DNA of 56,053 bases from Deltaproteobacteria bacterium (GTDB lineage: Bacteria > Myxococcota_A > Polyangia > Polyangiales > Houyiibacteriaceae), in the NCBI GenBank assembly GCA_034670305.1, contig JAXMNT010000049.1:1-56053 (forward strand). Direction: 5' to 3'. The position numbers and the translations under genes were made by a program. Every line of letters begins with the position of its first letter. The first letter of the stretch is position 1. The notes beneath the pieces were generated by a model. The model made no database searches and was not told the origin of the DNA. It saw only the letters and a program-made list of their open reading frames with translations. Shown one piece after another: positions 9,114 through 18,480 of the stretch.

Positions 9114-11783
9114 ATGGACTACACCTCCGGGGTGCGTCGAGCGTTGCTCGCGGCCCTCCGCAGTCGACTGCGTCCCGCGCTGGAGGAGCAGTGGGCCGGC
9201 GGATTGGGTGCTGCTTTCCTCCTGGCGACGGCCGATCTCGTCGCGGTCGCCGTGCGTGCAGACGACCCGCCCTTGCTGCACACCTGGGTCCAGCTTCTCG
9301 GTCTGTACCTTCCGCTCGGGTTTCTCGGGGGAACCGCAGCGGGGCTGGTGGTGGCGACGGTCCGGGACGCGCCCTGGCTCGCGCGGACCCGCTTCACCTG
9401 GAGCCGCATCGGCAGCCGGGGCCGCAGCCCGGAGCGGTTCGCCCACGTGCTGTCCGCAGCTGCGGGGCTCGGGCTCTTCGTCTTGGGCATGCGTACGGCC
9501 GCGGTGGGGTTGGCGGGCCGGCTTCACGACGCCGCCCTCATCGCTTGGGCGATCGCACTCGCGGCGCCCGTCGTGGCTATTCTCGCAATCGTGTTCGCGG
9601 CGGGGCTGGATGCGTTGCTCCGCAGGGTCTCTCCGCTGCTCGGCGACTTCGCCAGCGGCCGCTCGGCGATCTTCGTCTTGTCGGGCGCGATCGCGTCGGT
9701 GGTGTTCTTCGTCGTGTCCGAAGCGTCGGTCACCCTCCAGCAGCTCAACCTCCTCGACCTGTTGTGGCTGCCGTCCGCGCTCGTGCTTCACCTGGCATGG
9801 GTCTGGGTCGTGCGGCGGGTCGGGCGTGGTCGCGGTCGCGTGGTCCGGCGGGCGACCTACCTGGCGATCCTCGCGACCGGCCTCGTCTTCGGCGTTTCGA
9901 TCCGCACCTACGGCCACGCCAACTCCGTCCGTGGCGCGATCGAGACCCACTCCATCGGAGGCCGAGCGCTCGCGCGGCGGTGGCGCTCCTGGACGGACCG
10001 AGATCGCGACGGGCACGCTTGGGCGTACGGCGGCGACGACTGCAACGACTCCGATCCGCGCATCCACCCAGGCGCCGAAGATCCCGCGGGCGATGGGATC
10101 GACAGCGACTGCTTCGGGGGCGACGGCACCCCCGCGCTCGAAGGTCTTCACAGCGACGGTGACTTCGCGCCCCGTCCGGCAGGCCTCGCCGCGCGGCCGA
10201 ACCTGATCTTGCTGACCATCGATGCGCTTCGTCCCGACCGCTTGGGTGCCTACGGTTACGAGCGCCCGACCTCACCGAACATCGACGCGCTCGCTGCGGA
10301 GTCGGTTCGTTTCACGCGCGTGCTCGCGCCCTCCTCGCGATCGGTGCGGTCGATCCCGGCCGTGTTCGCCGGCGTCTACCCCTCCGAGGTCGCGTACGGC
10401 GGCGAGTTCCTCTTTCCCTCGGTCCGCGACGAGAACGAGCTGCTCGCGGAACGGTTGAGCGCGCACGGCTACCGCATGCACGCGATGCTCGGGACCGACT
10501 ACTTCTCGCGCGTGCGCGGCTTCTTCCAAGGCTTCGACGAGATCGCCCAGCCGCCCCACGCGGCCCGCTCGTTCCCGGTGGACGAAGCGCTTCGTGTGCT
10601 CGACGGCATGGAAGACGGGGCCGGGCCCTGGTGTCTCTGGGTGCACCTGTTCAACGTGCACCTGCCGTACCTGCCCGACGGAGTCGCTTCGATGTACGGC
10701 GACACCGAACCGGACTGGTACGACACCGAGATCACACTCGCCGACCGCGAGGTCGGACGGCTCGTCGAAGCACTCAAAGCCCGCGGCGTCTGGGACGACA
10801 CGGTGCTCGTCTTCGCGAGCGACCACGGCGAGGGCCTCGGCGAACACGGACACATCGGCCATGCGTCCTCGCTGTACGAGGAAGAGGTGCGCACCCCGCT
10901 TCTGATCCGCGTCCCCGGCCTGGCCCCGCGGGTGGTGGAGCGCGCAGTGAGTCTGATCGACGTGATGCCGACGGTGCTCAACCTGGTGGATGCGCCAGCC
11001 CCCCAGCGCATCGTCGGACGCAGCCTCGTCGCAGACCTGACCGGCACCCGCGCCCAGGGCGCCGAGCAGCTGCCGATCTTCAGTGAACTCCTGCCCGACG
11101 GCTTGTTCCCGTTCGACCAGAAGTCGGTGACGGTCGGCGACGAGAAACTCATCTGGTGGATCCGAGACGGGCGCGTCGCGCTCTTCGACCTCGCCACGGA
11201 TCCCGCCGAACGAGTCGACCTCTCTGAATCGCGACGGGAACGCGCGAACGAACTGCACGGCGTGCTCCGGGCGTGGATGGCGTCGGGCCGGCGCGGCAAC
11301 CGGAGCGACGACGTGGCGCGCGCGCACGTGCTCCGGCGCGTCCCCGACATGGACGAGAGCGTGCTCGCCCGGTACCCCGGCTTCACCTTGCTCGGCTACG
11401 ACGTGGGCGCACGGACGCTCTCGCGCGGCGACACGGTGGAGCTCGACTTCTACTTCCGAAGCGACCGCGCGATCGAAGAAGACCTGTTCTTCAACGTCGA
11501 ACTCGTCGGCCCCGACGGCTACGTCGTGCACGACTTCGGCGCCCCGCACTACCCGGTGTTCGGCGCGTACCACACGAACGAATGGAAACGCGGCGAGGTC
11601 GTCCAAGACCCGATCCACATCGTCGTGCCCGACGCGGTCCGCCCCGGCACGACCTTCGAAGCGACCCTCCTCGTCTTCTCCGAAGACCGGCGTCGCACCA
11701 TCGGCTACCTGCGCGGCCCCGCCACCCCCGAACCGAGCGAACCCATCCACCGCCTCCCCCTCGGCACCTTCACGGTCAACTGA
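9114..11783 (+). CDS. Multi-TM sulfatase-like (alkaline phosphatase superfamily) hydrolase/transferase with a Cys/Asp metal-binding motif
   Basis: NLILLTIDALRPD, SDHGE and LYEEEVRTPL; DCNDSDPRIHPGA..DGIDSDC motif; N-terminal TM block. Start may be ATG 9114 or GTG 9132. Confidence 0.85.
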   Translation: MDYTSGVRRALLAALRSRLRPALEEQWAGGLGAAFLLATADLVAVAVRADDPPLLHTWVQLLGLYLPLGFLGGTAAGLVVATVRDAPWLARTRFTWSRIGSRGRSPERFAHVLSAAAGLGLFVLGMRTAAVGLAGRLHDAALIAWAIALAAPVVAILAIVFAAGLDALLRRVSPLLGDFASGRSAIFVLSGAIASVVFFVVSEASVTLQQLNLLDLLWLPSALVLHLAWVWVVRRVGRGRGRVVRRATYLAILATGLVFGVSIRTYGHANSVRGAIETHSIGGRALARRWRSWTDRDRDGHAWAYGGDDCNDSDPRIHPGAEDPAGDGIDSDCFGGDGTPALEGLHSDGDFAPRPAGLAARPNLILLTIDALRPDRLGAYGYERPTSPNIDALAAESVRFTRVLAPSSRSVRSIPAVFAGVYPSEVAYGGEFLFPSVRDENELLAERLSAHGYRMHAMLGTDYFSRVRGFFQGFDEIAQPPHAARSFPVDEALRVLDGMEDGAGPWCLWVHLFNVHLPYLPDGVASMYGDTEPDWYDTEITLADREVGRLVEALKARGVWDDTVLVFASDHGEGLGEHGHIGHASSLYEEEVRTPLLIRVPGLAPRVVERAVSLIDVMPTVLNLVDAPAPQRIVGRSLVADLTGTRAQGAEQLPIFSELLPDGLFPFDQKSVTVGDEKLIWWIRDGRVALFDLATDPAERVDLSESRRERANELHGVLRAWMASGRRGNRSDDVARAHVLRRVPDMDESVLARYPGFTLLGYDVGARTLSRGDTVELDFYFRSDRAIEEDLFFNVELVGPDGYVVHDFGAPHYPVFGAYHTNEWKRGEVVQDPIHIVVPDAVRPGTTFEATLLVFSEDRRRTIGYLRGPATPEPSEPIHRLPLGTFTVN

Positions 11784-11890
11784 GCCGAGCGAGCGCTGTG
11801 GAGGTCCCGTGAGCAACATCATCGGCGGCTGGCGTTTGTGAGACGGATCATCGGCTCGGCGACCCGGACCGCCCAACCAAAGGACCACGG

Positions 11891-13435
11891 ATGCTGCTCT
11901 CTCTTCCCCTCGACTACACGATCGCACAACGGTGGGAGCGCAAGCCGCTGGCCACGTGTCGCGCGGACGGCACACGCCAAGGCAAAGGAACCGAAGTTGC
12001 CGTCAGCCTGGGACAGGCGCGTTTGGCGGATCTCCGCGAAGCCCTCAGCGATGCAACGGGACTCTGGCTGACCGGCGCAGTCGAGTGCGATGACATCGAA
12101 GCAGCCGGGCAGCTCGATTCGCTCGCCCACCTCGACGTGATGCGCGCGCCACTGGGCGTCGAGCTGCTGGAGCGCATCGCGAAGTCGTCGCTCTCCTCGC
12201 TCCGGCTTCGCGTGGTCGATGGGGCCAACGTCTCCCTGCTCCGCGGCCTCCAGGCAACGGAGCTCGGAATCGGCCTCAAGCGCGAATCTGGACCCGTCGA
12301 CTGGGCGGCCCTGGGCTCGGTGCAGCGGCTTGCTGTGTGGGGACAAGGCATCGCTCTCGATGCAGAGGCCGCCGAAGCGCTGGTGGCCGGTGACCTGGAG
12401 GTGCTCAGGACCGATGGTGTGCAACTGAGCCCCGAAGCACTCGAGGTGTTGACGAGAAACCTCCATACGGTCGTCGCCAGGAGCTTCTCCGGCGTGGCTC
12501 CTGAGCTAACGGTCAAGGATGCACCGCGGCTCCGCGCGTTGGAGCTCTCGGTCACACACATCGCTTCTCTGGAGGTGCGTGACTGCGCTGCGCTCAAGTG
12601 GCTGAGGACGCAGCACTGTCAGCGGACCCTGCTCGCCGGACTGCCGGCGCTCCGGGTGGCGACCGTGGGTGGGCACACGACCGTCCAGGATCTGCCCGCG
12701 CTCGAGCGCGTCGTGTGCACCGCAGACGTGAGCGCCCTCGACCTGTCGGGCGTGCCACGCCTTCGCCGCGTCGAGCTCGAGCATTTCGCCACGCCGGAGA
12801 GCGAAGCGACGGCTCGAGCCACCGGCGCCGAGGTGCGGGTGGAGGGGACCCCGCCGAAGAAGGCGAAGGCGACCGCGCCGAAGCGGAAGCTCTCCCCGAA
12901 GCAGCGCACCTGGCCCAAGGTCGGCTGGGACGGCGAACCCTATGGCCTCCTCGTTCTCGGCCGGCGCGCTGGGCAGCCCATGGCGGAGAAGACCGCGAAA
13001 GCGCTCGGCCTGGTGGGAGACTTCTGGTCCAAGGAGTCGGGCGCACACGTCGTGGCCGCGTGCCCGATAGACGGCCTCAACGCGCGCCTCGAAGACGGGT
13101 TGCCGGATGTGGTCGCCGGGGTCGTCGTGGGGTTCGTTTCAACCGACCGCCCCGACGCGGTCATCGACGGCGCAGCCATCGAGGATGCGCGCGCCCTGCT
13201 GGAAACCGATCTGAGCGAGCTGTTCCACGAACTGGATGGGGTGGCGAAGCGCGCGTACTTCGCCGAAGCGGAGACGAGGATGTGGCTCGTCGCCGCCGGG
13301 CCCGACGCCAGCGTTCGGCTGCGTCGCGGCGACGAGGCCGTCCTCGTTTGCGACACGGACATCGTCAGCACCGATGCGGTTCGCCCAGAGGCGCTCGGGG
13401 CCGACTTGCAGCTGAGGCTCTTGCACCAGACGTGA
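11891..13435 (+). CDS. Hypothetical protein with leucine-rich-repeat-like segments
   Basis: Recurrent LxxLxL patterns (PRLRALEL, AALKWLRT, PALRVATV, PALERVV, PRLRRVEL) and a Lys-rich linker; AGGA lies upstream. Confidence 0.6.
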   Translation: MLLSLPLDYTIAQRWERKPLATCRADGTRQGKGTEVAVSLGQARLADLREALSDATGLWLTGAVECDDIEAAGQLDSLAHLDVMRAPLGVELLERIAKSSLSSLRLRVVDGANVSLLRGLQATELGIGLKRESGPVDWAALGSVQRLAVWGQGIALDAEAAEALVAGDLEVLRTDGVQLSPEALEVLTRNLHTVVARSFSGVAPELTVKDAPRLRALELSVTHIASLEVRDCAALKWLRTQHCQRTLLAGLPALRVATVGGHTTVQDLPALERVVCTADVSALDLSGVPRLRRVELEHFATPESEATARATGAEVRVEGTPPKKAKATAPKRKLSPKQRTWPKVGWDGEPYGLLVLGRRAGQPMAEKTAKALGLVGDFWSKESGAHVVAACPIDGLNARLEDGLPDVVAGVVVGFVSTDRPDAVIDGAAIEDARALLETDLSELFHELDGVAKRAYFAEAETRMWLVAAGPDASVRLRRGDEAVLVCDTDIVSTDAVRPEALGADLQLRLLHQT

Positions 13436-13458
13436 TCTTCACGCGGCCGGCCCGGGAG

Positions 13459-14097
13459 TCAGAGTGGGCGCATGGCGCGCTGACCTCTCGGGTTCGTCGG
13501 CTGGACGCGGGCTTGCCACCCGTCCATCGACACGACCCAGACCGCCGCAAGCAGAAACCCAGCCATCACGTCGCTCGGGTAATGCACACCGAGGTAGGTG
13601 CGGGTCCATCCGATGAAGAGCGGGAACAGAAAGATGAGCGCGGCCCACCGGCGCTGCGCGGGCCACACCCGGCGCACCACGAAGAACACCGCGAGCGCGA
13701 ACGCCATCGAGGCTTGGCTGTGTCCGCTCGGAAACGAGAGGCCGTGCGGCTCGTAGACCCGCTCGACGATCGAAGGACGCGGGCGCGCGAAGAAGAGTTT
13801 GATGGCTTCGTTGAAGAGCGCGGAGCCGCCCACCGCGAACGCGAAGAACGCGCCGGCTCGGTGGTCTTGGATCGCGAAGACGATCGCTAGGACGGTGCAG
13901 AGCGGGATCATCAAGAGGTGGCCGCTGAGATCCGAGGCCAGCTGAATCGCTTCGATGCCGCCCGGCGTGCGCCACGACTCGTTCGCCAGAAGCCACGGTG
14001 CGTCGAAGAGGATCGGACCCTCCGCCGACCCGAGCATGAGCGCCGAGAGCCCTACGAAGAGCACGACGCAGGCGAGTACTACCGGTCCGTGACGCAC
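13459..14097 (-). CDS. PAP2-family membrane phosphatase
   Basis: KLFFARPRP, SFPSGH and TRTYLGVHYPSD motifs. Confidence 0.93.
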   Translation of the reverse strand: MRHGPVVLACVVLFVGLSALMLGSAEGPILFDAPWLLANESWRTPGGIEAIQLASDLSGHLLMIPLCTVLAIVFAIQDHRAGAFFAFAVGGSALFNEAIKLFFARPRPSIVERVYEPHGLSFPSGHSQASMAFALAVFFVVRRVWPAQRRWAALIFLFPLFIGWTRTYLGVHYPSDVMAGFLLAAVWVVSMDGWQARVQPTNPRGQRAMRPL

Positions 14098-14107
14098 GGC
14101 GGCGATG

Positions 14108-15283
14108 CTACCGCCGGTACATCGTCACGACGCAGGCGCCGCCGAGCCCGAGGTTGTGCTGCAAGCCCACCTTGGCGCCTTCGACCTGGCGTTTGTCCGC
14201 TTGGCCGCGGAGCTGCCACACCAGCTCGGTGCACTGCGCGAGTCCGGTCGCGCCGAGTGGGTGCCCCTTCGAGAGGAGCCCGCCGCTCGGGTTGGTCACG
14301 ACCTTGCCACCGAAGGTGTTGTCGTCGTCCCAGATGAACTTCTCGGCGCCGCCCTCCGGGCAGAAGCCGAGGCCTTCGTAGGTCAAGAGTTCGTTCGCGG
14401 TGAAGCAGTCGTGCAGCTCACACACATCCACGTCGTCCGGTCCGAGGCCGGCTTCTTCGTAGACCTTCGCGGCCGCGGCTTTGGTCATGCCGTAGCCGAC
14501 CATCTCGATCATCGAGCCCGAGTCGAAGACCGCGGGCGTGTCCGTCGTCATCGCTTGGGCCGCGATCCAGACCGGGTCGGTCGCGCCATGTTTCGCGGCG
14601 AACTCGTCCGAGCAGAGAATCGCCGCGGCCGCGCCGCAGGTCGGCGGGCAACACTGGAAGCGGGTGAGCGGGTCGAAGACTTCCGGGCTCGCGAGGATCT
14701 CTTCGATGCTCAGCTCGTCGCGAAACAGCGCGTAGGGGTTCTTCGCCGCATGCTTGCGCGCCTTCTCGCTGATCTTCGCGAACGTCTCGCGCTTGGTGCC
14801 ATGTTTCCAGCGGTACTCGCGCCCTGCGCCGCCGAACATCTGCGCGGCGGGCGGCGCGGGCGTGAAGCCCTGCAGCTGCTGCATGACCCCGGCGTGGTGT
14901 TCGAGCGGGTTCGCGCGGTCGTCGTACTTGGAGCCGAGCGCGCCCTTCTCCATCTTCTCGAACCCGACCGCGAGCACGCACTCCGCCATGCCGCCGGCGA
15001 TGGCTTGGCGCGCGAGCATCAGCGCCGACGAACCGGTCGAGCAGTTGTTGTTCACGTTGAACACCGGGATGCCGGTGCGGCCCACTTCGTAAACCGCCCG
15101 CTGTCCGCAGGTCGAGTCCCCGTAGACGTAGCCCGCGAACGCTTGTTCGAGGGTCTCGAAGCCGACGCCGCCGTCTTCGAGCGCCGCCCGAATCGCTTGG
15201 CCCGCCATCACGTGGTAGTCGTCGCTCTTGCCGGGCTTCTGGAACTTCACCATTCCGACCCCGAGTACGTTCACTTTGCGCAT
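14108..15283 (-). CDS. SCP2/SCPx-type thiolase (lipid-transfer protein)
   Basis: NNNCSTGS, ELHDCF, SKGHPLGATG and LQHNLGLGG, all typical of SCPx-type thiolases; CAGGAG ribosome-binding site. Confidence 0.94.
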   Translation of the reverse strand: MRKVNVLGVGMVKFQKPGKSDDYHVMAGQAIRAALEDGGVGFETLEQAFAGYVYGDSTCGQRAVYEVGRTGIPVFNVNNNCSTGSSALMLARQAIAGGMAECVLAVGFEKMEKGALGSKYDDRANPLEHHAGVMQQLQGFTPAPPAAQMFGGAGREYRWKHGTKRETFAKISEKARKHAAKNPYALFRDELSIEEILASPEVFDPLTRFQCCPPTCGAAAAILCSDEFAAKHGATDPVWIAAQAMTTDTPAVFDSGSMIEMVGYGMTKAAAAKVYEEAGLGPDDVDVCELHDCFTANELLTYEGLGFCPEGGAEKFIWDDDNTFGGKVVTNPSGGLLSKGHPLGATGLAQCTELVWQLRGQADKRQVEGAKVGLQHNLGLGGACVVTMYRR

Positions 15284-15329
15284 GCTGATTCTCCTGTACT
15301 GACTCTGCGGTTGAGATTCTGGGTCGGGG

Positions 15330-18281
15330 TCACGAAGGTTTCAGCCACGTGAGGTCGCGGGCGAGCGCCATGTCGCCGTCGACGCGGAGTTTGCCCATCT
15401 GAAAGAGTTGCGCGGGGGTGAGCTCGCCGGCCGCCAGTTCGCCGAGGCCTTCGTCGCTCACGGTGAACGTGGCGTCTGCTCCTTCGTAGGTCCCGCTCTT
15501 CACATCGCCAGCCCCGAGGTCGACGAACCAGGCTCCGTCCGGGTCGGTGACGAGGAACTGAATCTTGCCGGTTCCCTTCGGCTGCGCGGACGCGAACAAC
15601 TTCTCGGCGCTCGCCTCCCGCGTCGATCCACCGGCCGCAGCCGCCGCTGCGCCCGCGCCACCACCCGCGGCGCGCTCGTCCATGGCGAGTTTCACGTGCC
15701 GCTCTTCGACCTTCTGCAGGAAGGTGAGTTTCTGCGACGCCATGATGTCGCCGCCGATCTTCAGGTCACCACCGAAGTACATCTTCTGCGCGTCCTTCTC
15801 GCCGCTGCACATCGCGAGGAAGTTGGCGTCGGTCATCTCGAGCGTGCACTCCGGCTTCTTGGTCTCGCCGGGCGCAACCGACGCCGCGGCGCAGTCGAGG
15901 GTCCACACCGAGTCCGGTTCGCTGAGTTTGAACTGGTAGACCTTGCCGATCTTCTTCACCGCGTCCGCGTTCTCCGCGAACCAGTGACCGATGCCACCGA
16001 AGATGTCGGCGCTGAGTGGACCACTCGCTGCCGGCGCCGCTGCGCTTGCACCCGCACCACCACCGCCCGCACCGGCCGCAGCCATCGCCGCTTCGACGTG
16101 CCGCGGTTCGACCTTCTGAAGAAACGAGAGCTTCTGCGACGCCATGATGTCGCCGCCGACTTTCAGCTCGCCGCCGAAGTACATCTTCTGCGCGTCCTTT
16201 TCGCCGCTGCACATCGCGAGGAAGTTCGCGTCGGTCATCTCGAGCGTGCACTCGGGTTTCTTGGTCTCGCCCGCGCTGACCGACGCGGTCGGGCAGTCGA
16301 TCGTCCACACCGAGTCCGGCGCGCTGAGCTTGAACTGGTAGACCTTGCCGACCTTCTTGGTCGCGTCCGCGTTCTCGTCCATCCACAGACCGATCGACGC
16401 GAAGATGTGCGCGCTGGTCGGACCCGCGGACGCAGCCGGCGCCGATGCCGCCGCAGCCTTCGGCTTGGCCTTCTTCTTCGGGATCTCGTCGTAGAGCGTG
16501 ATGAGCGCGTTCGAGATCACCACCTCGTCGCGCTCCTCCACCGAGGTCTGAAACACGATGCCCGCGTCGGTCTTCCACATCTTCGTGACCAGCGTCTCGC
16601 CCGGGAACACCGTCTTGGCGAACCGCACCTTGATGCTCTCGAAGAACCGCACATCGCCGTCCGGGGCCATCTTCGACAGCACGTGCCGCGCGGCGAAGCC
16701 GAAGCTGCACAAGCCGTGGAGGATGGGCTTCTCGAACTTCATCGCGCTCGCGAACGACGGGTCCGCGTGGAGCGGGTTCCAGTCACCGCTCAGGCGGTAG
16801 AGCAACGCTTGGTTGTCGTCGGTCTTCTCCGTGACCACTGCATCCGGTTCGCGGTCCGGCGGCGTGTTCACGTCGGCGCTCGGTCCCCGGTCGCCACCCC
16901 AGCCGCCCGCACCGCGCACGAAGGTGGTCAGCTCGTTGACGATCAACAGCTCGCCGTCTTCGTCGTAGCTCTCGATCGCGGTGATCACGAGCGCGCCTTT
17001 GCCCTTGTCGAAGATGTCTTTGATCTTCGCTTTGTGGGTGAGCGTCGCGCTCTTCGGGAGCGGGCGCAGGATGCGGGTGTACTGCTCGCCGTGCAGGACC
17101 CGGTCGAGCCCGTAGTGCAGGCCCGGCGCCGTGAACCCTTCTTTGCCCCACTTGAGGATCAGGTTCACCGCGGGGATGACGCCGTAGGTCGGCAGCGCGC
17201 GGAAGCCGTCCGAGCTCATCTCGTAGACGAGCTTCAACTCGTCGCCGGTCGGATCCTTCGCCGCGCCGACACCGAGTGCGTAGAGCGCCAAGTCCCGTTC
17301 GTCGTAGCTGCTCTTGGCTTCTGGGAACTCGAAGCCGAGCGCTTCGTCCACGTCGACGAACTCGTTGCCGCCCTGGCTCTCGCCCTTGTCGACGTTCTCC
17401 ATGATCGGTTTCATGGAGTCCATGATCGTGGCCGGGTGTTCGGCGTCTTCGAACGACGCGACGTCGTCCCAGTTCTGCTGCACCGCTTCGGGCGTGATGG
17501 TCCGGCCGACCCGCCACATCTTGCCCTTCGCGCGCTCCCAGCGGAGCTTCGCCGCGAACCCGCCGCCCACTTCGAACAGGCCGCCGGTCTCTTCGCAGTC
17601 TTCGTGCGCGAGCCACACGACGAGCGGGCTGACGTACTTCGGATCGAGGGCGGCGATGAGGTTCGGCGGCAGCACCGTCTCCGTCATCCGGCTGCCGGCG
17701 ATCGGCGCGATCGTGTTGACGTGAATGCCCTTCTTGCGGCCTTCGATCGCGAGCGTGCTGGCGAAGCCACTCAAGCCGAGCTTGGCCATCGCGTAGTTGG
17801 CCTGGCCGAAGTTGCCGTAGATGCCCGCGGCCGACGCCGTCATGATCACCCGGCCATAACCTTGCTCGCGCATGTGCGGCCAAGCGGCGTGGGTGACGGC
17901 GAAGCTGCCGAGCACATGGACCTGGTAGATGATGTCCCAGTCCTGCTGGGTCATCTTGTGGAAGCTGACGTCCCGAAGGATGCCCGCGTTGTTCACCACC
18001 ACGTCGACGCGACCGAACGCGTCGATCGCGGTCTCGATGATCTTCGCCCCGTCGGTGACCGAGTCGTAGTTGGCGACCGCCTGTCCGCCACCGTCGACGA
18101 TCTCCTTCACGACCGCATCGGCGGCCGCGGAAGCACGCCCGCCCCCGTGGATGTCACCACCGAGATCGTTGACGACCACCTTGGCGCCGCGCGCGGCGAA
18201 ACTCAGCGCGTGGCTGCGGCCGAGCCCATTGCCCGCACCGGTGACGACGACGACTCGATCTTCGAAGCGCAACTCGCTCAT
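15330..18281 (-). CDS. MFE-2/HSD17B4-like multifunctional beta-oxidation enzyme: SDR dehydrogenase + hydratase-2 + three SCP2 domains
   Basis: TGAGNGLG, NNAGILRD and NYAMAK (SDR); LHGEQY and YRLSGDWNPLHADP..ILHGLC (hydratase 2); three SCP2 folds at the C-terminus. GAGGA precedes ATG 18281. Confidence 0.92.
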   Translation of the reverse strand: MSELRFEDRVVVVTGAGNGLGRSHALSFAARGAKVVVNDLGGDIHGGGRASAAADAVVKEIVDGGGQAVANYDSVTDGAKIIETAIDAFGRVDVVVNNAGILRDVSFHKMTQQDWDIIYQVHVLGSFAVTHAAWPHMREQGYGRVIMTASAAGIYGNFGQANYAMAKLGLSGFASTLAIEGRKKGIHVNTIAPIAGSRMTETVLPPNLIAALDPKYVSPLVVWLAHEDCEETGGLFEVGGGFAAKLRWERAKGKMWRVGRTITPEAVQQNWDDVASFEDAEHPATIMDSMKPIMENVDKGESQGGNEFVDVDEALGFEFPEAKSSYDERDLALYALGVGAAKDPTGDELKLVYEMSSDGFRALPTYGVIPAVNLILKWGKEGFTAPGLHYGLDRVLHGEQYTRILRPLPKSATLTHKAKIKDIFDKGKGALVITAIESYDEDGELLIVNELTTFVRGAGGWGGDRGPSADVNTPPDREPDAVVTEKTDDNQALLYRLSGDWNPLHADPSFASAMKFEKPILHGLCSFGFAARHVLSKMAPDGDVRFFESIKVRFAKTVFPGETLVTKMWKTDAGIVFQTSVEERDEVVISNALITLYDEIPKKKAKPKAAAASAPAASAGPTSAHIFASIGLWMDENADATKKVGKVYQFKLSAPDSVWTIDCPTASVSAGETKKPECTLEMTDANFLAMCSGEKDAQKMYFGGELKVGGDIMASQKLSFLQKVEPRHVEAAMAAAGAGGGGAGASAAAPAASGPLSADIFGGIGHWFAENADAVKKIGKVYQFKLSEPDSVWTLDCAAASVAPGETKKPECTLEMTDANFLAMCSGEKDAQKMYFGGDLKIGGDIMASQKLTFLQKVEERHVKLAMDERAAGGGAGAAAAAAGGSTREASAEKLFASAQPKGTGKIQFLVTDPDGAWFVDLGAGDVKSGTYEGADATFTVSDEGLGELAAGELTPAQLFQMGKLRVDGDMALARDLTWLKPS
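15681..16424 (-). repeat. Intragenic tandem duplication of the SCP2 domain (402-nt offset)
   Basis: The block GETKKPECTLEMTDANFLAMCSGEKDAQKMYFGG is identical in both copies; matching DNA starts at 15737 and 16139. Confidence 0.92.
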
Positions 18282-18365
18282 GACGATTCTTCCTCGGGGG
18301 CGCTCTGCGCCCCATGCAGTGTCTTCCCAGCCACGACCTGGCCGGCCCCACGATCTACCACAGAC

Positions 18366-18383
18366 TGAATGGAGATTCATTCA
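18366..18383. promoter_or_regulatory. Palindromic operator TGAATG-N6-CATTCA (FadR/YsiA-like TetR box)
   Basis: TGAATGGAGATTCATTCA, an AT-rich inverted repeat about 85 nt upstream of the MFE-2 start, beside a candidate extended -10 (TGGTAGAT, minus strand). Confidence 0.65.
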
Positions 18384-18480
18384 AGGCGGTGGAACTTTCG
18401 CTTGGCGCGCGAAATCCGACGGATTCGTCCCTTTCAGGTATGCTCGGAGAACTTCTGGTGGCCGTGGCCGTACCAGGAAC

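Noticed and set aside
14108-18281. Eukaryotic contamination or peroxisomal targeting signals in MFE-2/thiolase
   Set aside because: The C-termini are KPS and YRR, not SKL-like; there are no introns; bacterial RBSs, operon layout and codon bias match the neighbours.
15408-18368. 986-aa + strand ORF and similar long antisense ORFs (10272-11975, 27313-28728, 32637-34592, 36643-39000, 41438-44068, 51634-54255)
   Set aside because: These are antisense shadows of clearly recognisable genes, expected in high-GC DNA, and carry no motifs.
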